A stretch of 64,000 bases of DNA from a virus (taxonomy: Duplodnaviria > Caudoviricetes): positions 1-64,000 of IMG/VR virus record IMGVR_UViG_3300029305_003514, one strand, 5' to 3'. The translations under genes were made by a program, and so were the position numbers. Shown here piece after piece: positions 1-10,791 of the stretch. Position 1 is the stretch's first letter. Each line of letters begins with the position of its first letter. Under the pieces are notes generated by a model, which saw only the letters and a list, made by a program, of their open reading frames with translations, was not told the DNA's origin and searched no databases.

Positions 1-2
1 AG

Positions 3-1237
3 AAACAAGAAACGACTGATGAACCTAAAAAACAAGAATCTACCGATAACTCTAGTAAAGAGATCACTGAGGCAGAAAAACAAGCTGCTGCAGAAAAAAA
101 AGAAAATGAAGAAAAAGAAAAACAAATTGCCTTAAATAATGAATTAATCAAACAAGAAGGTACATTAAACTATCTTGAAAAAGAAGCAAAAAAATCAGCG
201 AAAATTATTAGCAATACATGGAATGACGGACAGGCAGAAGAATACGAGCAATTACTTGTATTAATACAGAAATATAAAAAATCTAAAGAATTACTTTCAG
301 AACAAGAACTTGCAGATATTAAAAGAATTATATCTGGATATCAAGAACAAGCAAAGACAATTAAAGAAACTGCTGAGGCAAATAAGAAAGCAAAGAAAGA
401 TGCCGCAGAAGCTCAAAAGAAAGCAAAAAATGCTTTTGGTGCAAAAGAAATTACAAGTGCTTCTGGTCGTATGGATGACGCAGAAGCATATGGCAGACAG
501 TTTAATCAGTCCGCTAAGGTACAAGACCAATTAGAAAAAGTACGCCAAGTTTATAATCAACTTAAAATAGAGCAAGAAAAATTAGCTAATTCTACTGAAG
601 CGGTTACTCAAGAGCAGGAAAACGCATTTAAGGATTTGGTTAATGCTTTTGGTAGAGAATTTGGGAATCTTAAAGCTATTATTTCTGATTCTGAAAAGGC
701 AGTTAAGAATAGTAAATTTAAACCTGTAGATGTAGACCCTTCTACTGTTGCCGACATGAATAAATTAAAGGCAGCAATGCAACAGGCAATTCTTTCTAGT
801 GAACAAGGAAAGGTTAAATTCGGAAAGTTTAATGAAGAGCTTAATGTCATGGAATATCGAGTTCAGGAAGCCGCTGGTAAGTGGGTTCATTTTACTGCAC
901 AGCTTGATGCTACCGGAACTAAAATTATTGGCACTAATTCTAAATTAAAAAAGACCACTGCGCTTTGGAGAGAACTTGCAGATACAATATCTAGTAAATT
1001 TAAAAGTGCAATTGGTAATATTACTGGTTATGATTTACTTTATAGAATAATTAATGAGGTTAAGCGTGGAATCACTTACGTAAGAGAAATTGATTCTGCC
1101 ATGACTGAGTTAAAAAAGGTAACTAATGAAACAGAAGAAACCTATGCAAGATTTTTACAGACTGCTTCTAAAACAGCAGATAGAATTGGTAGTACGGTAA
1201 AAGATGTAACTACTATGACTGCCGATTGGTCTAGGCT
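3..1237 (+). CDS. Tail tape measure protein, exon 1 (5'-truncated by window edge)
   Basis: Frame is open from position 3 through ORF 471..1271. It contains the TP901-type TMP core start (IDSAMTELKKVT...TADWSRL), which continues in exon 2. Confidence 0.9.
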
Positions 1238-2281
1238 TAAATATTTAGGTCTCCTATATGGCGACATATAGGCAAACACCCATCTCAAAACGGTGGAACT
1301 CCAGAGATGGACAATACCGTGGGTAATGTAAAATTTTAATATTTCATTTATATAACTTCATTTTTAATGAAGTTTATTTTATTTATATTGAAGGTGATAA
1401 AATGCCTAAAAGATTGGATTTAACAGGTAATATTTATGGCGAATTAACTGTTATAGAAATGTTATATGGATATAAGATGTCAAATACCAGTAAAGCAAGA
1501 ACATATTGTAGATGTGGTTCTAAAAATGGTGATGAAGTAATTGTTAGGGCTGATGCTCTTCAATCTGGGGCAACTAAAAGTATGAAGGGTGCTGGCAAAA
1601 CTGGGAAATCAATAAATATCAAAGGAATGAAATTTGGTTTATTAACAGCAATAAAGCCTACAGATCAAAGAGCTTCAAATGGTTCAGTTATTTGGGAGTG
1701 CTTGTGTGATTGTGGTAATACAACATATGTTCAAGTTGGAAATTTAATGCGCCATCATACTTTATCGTGTGGTTGTCGGCATCAAAGCAAATGGGAAATG
1801 TTTATAAGTGATTATCTTTCTTCATTAAATATAGTATTTCATCCACAAAAACGCTTTATAGATTGTAAAAATAGAAAACAAACAGATACTCTTCCTTTTG
1901 ATTTTTATCTACCAGATTATAATATTTGTATAGAATACGATGGAGAACATCATTATCGTCCTATTGATGCATGGGGAGGATATGAAAAATTTCTTATAAA
2001 CCAAGATAATGATAATATAAAAAATGAATATTGTAAAAATAATAATATAGAATTACTTCGTTTGCCATATACATATTCTAAAGATGATATTAAAAATGAA
2101 ATATTAAATATTTTAAGTCCCGTAACGATCACAGCTTAATTGGTAACAATTGGGCGTATGGTGGGCACCTTTTATTAGGTGAAGGTATGATCTGATCTGC
2201 ACATATAATCTAAAAAAATGAAAGTGCAGAGATAGGCAGAAATGACCTATCCACTTATATATTATAAGGAGTAACAAAATG
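1238..2281 (+). mobile_element. Group I self-splicing intron in tape measure gene (1044 nt)
   Basis: P1 helix 1233-1252 has a U.G pair at T1237/G1248. P2 is cctatatg/catatagg. P/Q-like elements aaaacggtggaac and aataccgtggg are present, P7 is gatca/tgatc, P9 hairpins follow, and the terminal base is G2281. Splicing restores AGG CT|T GGA TAT = R-L-G-Y in frame. Confidence 0.92.
1402..2139 (+). CDS. Intron-encoded homing endonuclease, Vsr-like/PD-(D/E)xK (DUF559-like) with N-terminal Cys-rich DNA-binding repeats
   Basis: C-terminal LPFDFYLPDYNICIEYDGEHH motif, N-terminal DLTGxxYGxLTV and WECLCDCGN...SCGC repeats, SD gaaggtga, and location inside the intron. Confidence 0.85.
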   Translation: MPKRLDLTGNIYGELTVIEMLYGYKMSNTSKARTYCRCGSKNGDEVIVRADALQSGATKSMKGAGKTGKSINIKGMKFGLLTAIKPTDQRASNGSVIWECLCDCGNTTYVQVGNLMRHHTLSCGCRHQSKWEMFISDYLSSLNIVFHPQKRFIDCKNRKQTDTLPFDFYLPDYNICIEYDGEHHYRPIDAWGGYEKFLINQDNDNIKNEYCKNNNIELLRLPYTYSKDDIKNEILNILSPVTITA

Positions 2282-5200
2282 TGGATATACATTAAAAGAA
2301 GCGTCTGCTCTTGCAGAAAGCACAGGTATTCTACTTAATGTATCGGAATTCCAAGATGCAAATCAAGCATCTGAAGCGCTAATTAGCACTATTCAGGCAT
2401 ATGGATATGCTGCTGATGAAAGCATGCAAGTTGTTGATATACTTAACGAGATAGGAAATAATTTTGCCGTTTCAAGTGATGGAATTGCAACGGCATTACA
2501 AACATCGGCAAGCGCACTTATGTCTGCGGGCAACGATTTAAATAAATCTGTCGCACTCGTTGCAGCTGCAAACAAGGTAATTCAGGATCCAAGTCAAGTA
2601 GGTGCAGCATTACGTACTATTGCCCTTCGTATTCGCGGTACTTCAGTTGAAGTTCTCGAAGAGATGGGCGAGGAAACTGACGGCGTAGTTGAAAGCGTCA
2701 GCAAATTACAAGAAAAAGTAAAAGCAATCACCGGAGTTGATATTCTTGAAGAATCCGGTGCATATAAAGATACATATCAAATACTTAAAGAATTAGCAGA
2801 AGTTTGGGATGATGTTGGTAAAACAGATCCTAAGGGTCAAGCTGCACTTCTTGAACTTTTAGCAGGTAAAAATCGTTCGAATGCTCTAGCAGCCATCTTG
2901 GGCAACCTAGAGGATTTAGATGATGCATATAAAGCGGCTCTTGATGCAGAAGGTTCTGCGCAAAAAGAGTTAGATACTTATTTAAACTCAATAGAAGGAA
3001 GAATTAAGAAATTTACTACCGCTCTTCAAACTATGTGGATGAACCTTATTGATTCCGATGTAATTAAACAAGTTGTTGATTTTGGAACTGGTTTAATTAA
3101 AATTCTTGATAAAATAAATCAAATCCCCGTAGTTGGCCCTTGGATATCATTAAGTCTGATTATTGGTACATTTATTGGTTTGTTAAAGGGTATTCCTGCG
3201 TTGCTTGGCAAAATTGGAGTATTGACAAATATAAATGCTGCTGCTAAAAAAGAAGAAGCTAAACAAACCACTGTATTGTCTGCTGCAATTAAAGAAGAAA
3301 ATGCATCGAGAACAGCGAATGTTGCAGCCACCAATGCTGAAACTGCGGCAATTAAAGCAAATACAGCAGCGCAAATTGAAAATAATAAAGCACATGCAGG
3401 TGAAGTTTTTGATGTATGGGATACATCCGAGACACTTGAAAAAAAACTAGGTGACAATATTGAAGATGCTGGTTATGGTGTTGTTGGAGAGGTTGATGAT
3501 TTAGCAACCAGCGCCACCAAAGCAGCGAATAACATAGATGATGCGGCCGAAGCCGTAGATGATTTAACAGATGCTGGATATGGAATTGTCGGAGTAGCAG
3601 AAACTTTTGATGATTTAAGTGATAGTGGTAAAGCCACGAAAAAAGTAGTTAAAGAAGTGGCTGAGGAAGCTATTGAAGGTGCCGTTGAAGCTGGTGTCGC
3701 TAGTACGGCAGCAGGAGCTGCTGCGGGAGCTGCGGGAGGTAAGTTGGCCGCGTTAGGTACTAGCATTACGACATTCTTTTCTTCTCCTCTTGTTATGATA
3801 CTGGCAGCTGCAGCTGCAATAGGAGCTGTTGTGGTTGCTGTTGATTATTTTACAGTTTCTTTTAAAGAAGCCAGAGAACAATTAGAAAAAACTACTCAAG
3901 ATCTTGAAGATACTAGAGAAGGATTAAAGTCCTTAAATAAAGAATTTGAAACAATTGATGATACTATTAAAAAATTAGAAGAAAAAGGTAATCTTACTTT
4001 TACTGAAAAACAAGAACTTGATAATCTTAAAGCTCAACGAGAAGAATTAGAAGCTATTTTAGCTCTTGAACAACAAAAAGAACAACGTTTAATGAGGCAA
4101 CAGGCCAGAGAGGCCAAACAGGCATTTGATAAAGATGCTGATATGAATACTAGCGAGCAAGCAGTCTTCAAAGGGTATTTGCCAAATGGACAAAGAGATT
4201 ATGAAATAGTAGAAGTTGAACCAAAAATGAAACAATTAATTGGTCAATACGAAAGAAGCAAAATCGATTCGGATAAGGCTCTACAAGAATTATTAATGGC
4301 AGAAGAAGCATTGGCTGATGCAAATGCAGATACAACCAGCCCTGACCGCGATCAGAAATTAAAAGCAGCACAGGATGTTCACAAAAAAACACAAAAGGCA
4401 TATGAGGACGCAAAAGCAAATGCAGACCAAATAGAGCAAGCTATACAAGATCAGCTTGATAAAATAGAAGAAATGTATGGTACTTTGGAGTGGCAATCTG
4501 GAGCTGAGCTTGAACCTTGGCAAAAAGAATTAAATGCAATGCTTACAGAAATATATGCATTACAAGATAGTGGCCGTATAGCAATAGCTGAAACTGAAAA
4601 GAGTTGGCAGGCTGCGTTTAGTCGTATGAATTTACAGTCCCCTTATCAAGATGTAATTAAAGACCTTAAATCTGGCGATGCTAATTTAATTCAGCAACTT
4701 CAAAATAGTATTTATCGATTAGATGAAGATACTCAAACTTGGACTGGTGGCCTTGAACAAATAAGTAATCCAAGACTTAAAGCTTTTGTCCAATCTTTAA
4801 TGGATGCCGGTATTATATCTGGTTTTACTACCGAAGAAATACAAAGGGTTATAGATGCATATTCTGGCTTAAATGAGCAAACAGAAAAACAAACAGTTGC
4901 TGGTAAAAAGCTCGAGCGTTCTCAAAAGCGTCTTGAGTATTATAAAAAATATAAAGAATTGCGTGGATATACTAAAGAGCTTAGAGAGAGTAGGAAAAAA
5001 CTTTCTGAATTAGACGAAACAACCAGAAAAAATATTAATACAACTCTAATTCAAATGAATACTCTTGCAGCAGAAATCGATGCATATGATATTCTTGGTG
5101 AAACCATAGAAGAAGCTAAAAAAGCTTTTGATGAATTTGAAAAAGCTAAAAATACCGATGAAGAACGCGATAGACTTGAGCCTCTTAGCGAAATGTTTGA

Positions 5201-8200
5201 ATCTATTATTAATGGCTTCCATAAAGGAGAGCTTGGTTCCGAAACATTTAAAGCCGCAATGGAAGGACTTGTTCCTCCAAGCGTATATGAAGATATCGAT
5301 ACTTTAGAAGGTAAACTTGATGCTATCTGGAAGTATATGGATCAAGATCTTAATAAGTATTTTTCTATTAAATTTGATGATAAGGGACTTATAGAAGAGG
5401 TTAAAGTTACCACCGCAGATATTGAACGCTTTGTAGGCGATGCCGTAACTAAAGGTTTAATGTCCAAAAATGAAGATGGAAGTTTTACTGTTCTTGAAAC
5501 AAATTTTGAAAATTTTGCCAAAAGTATAGGACTTACTGAATCTGCTTTATATGCTCTTTTTGTTCAAATAGATAAACTTGATGCCGATTGGCTTACGGGT
5601 GACGGAACATCGATTTTTGATTCTTTTAATATGGACTCAGAGAGTAATTTATACAGAACAATTACTCAATTAGCGGAATTAGAAGATAAATTTATTAATG
5701 GTAAAATTAGTGCTAAAGAATATATTGAGCAGTATGATAAACTTCAGGAACAATTGGCTAAAAATTCCGATGCATCATTAGATGATATTTTTAATTATCA
5801 AAAAGCAGCAGACGATGTTATTAAGTTTTCCAATCAATTAGAAGAAGCCCATAAAAAATTAAATAGCTTAAGATCAGCAGGAGAAAGTGAAGCGGTAATA
5901 CAAACTCAATTAACTGAAATTACAAATATAGCAAAATTATTACAGGACGCTTTGCAGACAAAGAATAAATTGGGTGAACCTACTGAAATAGAAATTACAG
6001 CTAGCTTCGATTCGTTGATGACTCAATTAAATGATACAAAACAACAGTGGGAGGCACAGGGTCTTTCAATTCCTCTTTATCTTAGTGATGGCGAACTTAA
6101 TGATCAATTAATTAAAAAGCTTGAAGATGGTACATATGAAGTAAGCATCGATCCACAAATTAAAGAACTTACTCCAGAAGCCAAGACAATTCTTCAAAAA
6201 TATGTAGACCTCACCAATCAACAAAATGCGTTAAATATATATCTTGAAAATGAAGAAGAGACTAAGAGTAAAATTGAAGAGATTGAAGGTGAAGTTCAAT
6301 CTTTAACAAAAGCAATAGAAAACATTCCTGACCCAGATATTGATGCTACTGAAGCTTATAAAGCAGTTAAGAGCGTAGTGGATGAAGTTGCAAAACTTAA
6401 AGATAAAACTATAACAATAACTACTGTTCATGAAACTGTAGGTGGCGGTAGTCAAGCATTTGGGACTGCTTCTACTGGAGGGAGTGAATTATCTGGAACT
6501 GCTCATAGTAGCGGCTCGGCCTATGCAGAAGGCGATTGGGGATTAAAGAGTAATGAGAAAAATGCTCTTGTTGGTGAACTTGGCCCCGAAACAGTAGTAG
6601 ATCCTCATACTGGAAGGTACTATACTGTTGGTAATAATGGCGCAGAACTTGTAGATCTTCCTAAAGATGCAATTATATTTAATCATCGTCAAACCGAGGA
6701 GCTCTTTAAAAATGGTCATATTAATTCTCGTGGCAAAGCTTACGCACAAGGTAATGCATATGTAGGAACCGACTTTACTATTTTTGATAAGTATAAAAAT
6801 GAAGAAGCTTATGGAAAGCCCGGAACTGGGTTAGAAGATTCTATTTCAGATGCAAGTGCTAAAATTGACGAATTATTTGATTGGTTTGAAGTACTTATTG
6901 AAGAAATGGATACTCAAATTAGTCTGATGGAGGCTCAACTTGAAAATTCTGTTGGCGTTGACTCTAAACAAGGTATTTATAGTAGCCTTATTGATGCAGA
7001 ACAAACAAAGATGGATGCGCTTAATAAAGGCATTGAGCTTTATACAGAGCAGGCAAATAAATTTTTAGCTAAAATTCCAGCAGCATATAAAAAATTGGCA
7101 GAAGATGGCGGAATAAAAATTACTGATTTTAGTGGAGAAGCAAACGAAAAAACACTTGAGGCTATTAAGAATTATCGTGAGTGGTCACAAAAGGCAGCCG
7201 AATTAAATGTTCAATTAGAAGAATCTAAAGCTTTAATCTCTGATCTTCGTGTTCAAACCCAAGACATGATTGCTACTGAGTATGAAAATAAGATCGATCT
7301 AATTACCCATCTCAATGATGCCCTTGAATCAGAAATAGATTTACTTGAAGAAAAAGGTCAACGCTCTTCTGCGAAATTCTACGAAGAGATGATTCAAAAT
7401 AGCGAATCTCAACTTGATCTTCTAGAACGACAGCGTGATGAAATGCAGGACGAGCTTGATTCTGCTGTTAGCTCTGGTGACGTTAAAAAATATTCTGATG
7501 ACTGGTATGAAATGGTTAATGCCATTTATGAAGTTGATGAAGCTATTATTGATTCTAAAATTAGTGTTGAAGAATTTAATAATGCTATTCAGGAGCTACA
7601 TTGGGATAATTTTGAGAAAATCCTTGATAGAATTTCTGCTATATCCGATGAGGCTGAACAATTAAGAGATTTAATTGATGACGATGATATTACAGAAGAA
7701 TTCGATCCTAAACAGTGGAGCAAGGACGGACTGACCGCACTTGGTCTTGTTGCTCAGCAAATGGAGAATGCTCAATATCGTTCTGAATTATATGCAAAAG
7801 AAATAGAGTATTTAAATGCTGAATTTAAGAAGGGCAATTATAGTCAAGATGAATACAATGAGAAACTAAAAGAACTCAAAGATAATCAATGGGATGCTAT
7901 TGATGCTTATGAGTCTGCAAAAGATGCAATAATTGATCTCAACAGAACTCGTGTTGATGCTATTAAGGATGGTATTCAAAAAGAAATCGATGCTTATGAA
8001 GAACTTATTAATAAACGTAAAGAAGATCTTGACGCACAAAAGGACGCGCATGATTGGGCGAATGAAGTTGAAGACCATACAAAGAATATAGAAGCCATCC
8101 AGAGACAAATTGATGCAATGGCGGGGGACAATTCTGCTGCGGCTATAGCTAAACGTAAACAACTACAAGAAGAATTGGCTACTGCTCAGGAAGAATATGA

Positions 8201-9260
8201 CGAAGCTTTATATGATCGTTCTATCGAAACCCAGCAACAAGCTTTAGATAAAAGCCTTGAAATTTATCGCCAAGAGCAAGAGGCAAAAATGGAAGAACTT
8301 GATGCTTGGCTTGAAAAAGAAGAGGCGATAATTGCAGAAAGCTATGCAACTATTTCTGCTAATACGGAAGCAATCCATGCCAATATTGAAGCAATTTCTG
8401 ATAAGTATGGAATAGAAATTGAAAATAATGTTGTTAATCCTTGGACTGCGGGCATTACAGCTCTTGGCACATATGGTACTGAATTAGATACTGCAACAAG
8501 CAAATATGTTGAAATGCTCGGTAGAGTCAAGCAAGAACTTATAGACTTACAGGAGACTGCTGACAAAACCGCTGTATCAATTATCAATGCTACAAATAAA
8601 ACTTCTAGCAATACTATATCTGTTGGCAAAAGTCCCGCTCCATCTAATCCTCCTTCTACTCCTACTACATCTAGTGGTTATAGTACCGGGCAACAAGTAA
8701 CTGTTAAATCTAGTGCTACTCATTTTGCTCGTGATGGTGGTAACGGTACTAAAATGCAAAGATGGGTTCCCGGTAGTACATTTACTGTTATGCAGGTCGA
8801 TGGAAACCAGGTTCTTATTGGAATTCCTGGTCAGGGTTATACCGGTTGGGTAAATAAGAATGATTTAATTGCGAAATATGCTAAGGGAACTACTGGAGTT
8901 AAAAATGATCAACTTGCATGGATAGATGAGAACGGCTTAGAAGAACTTGTTATGCATGCTGAAGGCGGCAAATTAACATATTTAACCAAGGGTTCATCTG
9001 TTATTCCACATGATATTACTGAGAATCTTATGGAATTAGGCAAGGTTGATCCTAAAACTTGGTTGGAAAATAATCGTAAAACTAGTGTGCCTGCAAGCTT
9101 TGTAACAAATAATAATACAATTGATTTAAGCTTCGGCTCATTAATTAATATTGAGCATGCAGATAGAGATTCTATACCTGAAATTCAGGATGCTGTGAAG
9201 AAGCAAATGGATGCTTATATGAAAAATATTAATTCTAATCTCAAGAGATTTACAAGATGA
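2282..9260 (+). CDS. Tail tape measure protein, exon 2
   Basis: GYTLKEASALAESTGILLNVSE continues in frame into ORF 2424..9260. It has long coiled coils, hydrophobic segments, an ALVGELGPE motif and a C-terminal SH3-like segment (GYTGWVNKNDL). Confidence 0.92.
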
Positions 9261-9264
9261 TTTA

Positions 9265-9292
9265 TAGGGGCTGAGCAATCAGCCCCTTATTT
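9265..9292 (+). terminator. Intrinsic terminator-like hairpin after TMP
   Basis: ggggctga-gcaa-tcagcccc followed by ttattt. Confidence 0.65.
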
Positions 9293-9309
9293 ATAAAGGA
9301 GGTGTACAA

Positions 9310-10767
9310 ATGGCAGTATACCAAAAGAAATTTACATTTAATAATCGAAGCAATAAAGATTTTGGATTAATTGTAACACGTTTTAATCCAGATAATGGCG
9401 AGGTAGACAGTTACTTAACAACAGAGTCTGTATATAGTGATAGCTTTAATGGTACTAAACGTCATGATTATGGCGCAAAATATAATGCCACTACTATCCT
9501 ATATATTACTATGGTGAAAAATAATTATGCAGATTTTTCTCGCAAAGAACTTAGAGAAGTACTTAATTGGTTAACCAATTTAAATAAAGTGTCTTGGCTT
9601 GATTTATATAATGATGACACCCAAGAATTTGCATTTGCTTTTCTTGGAAGAGTAATCAATGTAAAATTGCAAAAATTAGATGCCCGCATAGTTGGTATTA
9701 ATGTTGAGTTTGAATCTGTTAGTCCGTGGGCTTATTCTAACGTAAATCATAATGAAATGACTTTAGATGGAACTAAAACTCTTTATTCTATTTGTAATTG
9801 TTCTGACGAATCTTCAATATATGTTTACCCAAATGTAACGTTTATTAATAAAACAGCTAATGGAAGTTTACATATATTAAATCGTACTACAGGAGAGGAA
9901 ACACTTATACAAAATCTCGGTATGAGTGAAACAATTACATTAGATAGTAATAAGATTATATATTCAGATAAGTCAAATAAAGTTTTTGGTAATGACTTTA
10001 ATTCTAACTGGCTTAGATTTATACAAGGATATAATCATTTAGAAATTACTGGTTTCGGCCATTTAATTATTGAACATAGAGATATTATTAAAGTTGCTGA
10101 CGCCTTTGATGATGCAGATGCTATGAATACAGAAAAGGCAAATAAAAATTCATTATTTTTAGCTCATATTCATCTTATGACTAACGAATGGATTTTAAGT
10201 GATAAATTAACAAATGGTAAAATTACATATTATCAGCCAATTACAAATTTAAGTGTCACACCAAATTCTTTAATTAATATGCAGCCAACAAATGTTCAAC
10301 TTTTATCTATTCAAGCAGAAGGTGTAGAGTTGCAACTTGTTAATGATAATGGCAAAGTAATTGCTTATTCATATGGTGGAGTTTTATCAAATAATTACGA
10401 AATACAAATCACTATCGAAGAAACTGATGTTGAAATAAGCCATCGCTATGGCGTGGCAAATCTTTTTGCTGATTCTTGGGCTGGTCAGGGCAACACATAC
10501 ACTCAGCCTGTTTATTTACCGAATTTAACTAAAAATTCTATTATAGATATTGATTTGACAGAAATGCAAGAAGCCATGTTGGAAAGTGACGGCACCACAT
10601 TAATTATTACTAATGAAAATAAAAATGCGGTAGCTTATGCCCTTGGATTTAAACCAGATACTGATTATCAAATCAATCTTATTATTACTGAAACCGTAAC
10701 GCAATCTAATAAGGCTAGAATGTGGAACGAAGAAAATCTGCCCTATGCAGAACCAATTTATTTTTAG
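9310..10767 (+). CDS. Distal tail protein (Dit) with C-terminal duplicated extension
   Basis: Directly follows TMP. N-terminal FTFNNRSNKDFGL...FESVSPWAYS...WLRFIQGYNHL resembles siphophage Dit. Confidence 0.75.
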   Translation: MAVYQKKFTFNNRSNKDFGLIVTRFNPDNGEVDSYLTTESVYSDSFNGTKRHDYGAKYNATTILYITMVKNNYADFSRKELREVLNWLTNLNKVSWLDLYNDDTQEFAFAFLGRVINVKLQKLDARIVGINVEFESVSPWAYSNVNHNEMTLDGTKTLYSICNCSDESSIYVYPNVTFINKTANGSLHILNRTTGEETLIQNLGMSETITLDSNKIIYSDKSNKVFGNDFNSNWLRFIQGYNHLEITGFGHLIIEHRDIIKVADAFDDADAMNTEKANKNSLFLAHIHLMTNEWILSDKLTNGKITYYQPITNLSVTPNSLINMQPTNVQLLSIQAEGVELQLVNDNGKVIAYSYGGVLSNNYEIQITIEETDVEISHRYGVANLFADSWAGQGNTYTQPVYLPNLTKNSIIDIDLTEMQEAMLESDGTTLIITNENKNAVAYALGFKPDTDYQINLIITETVTQSNKARMWNEENLPYAEPIYF

Positions 10768-10791
10768 TAGTTTTAGAAAGGAGGTTCTATC

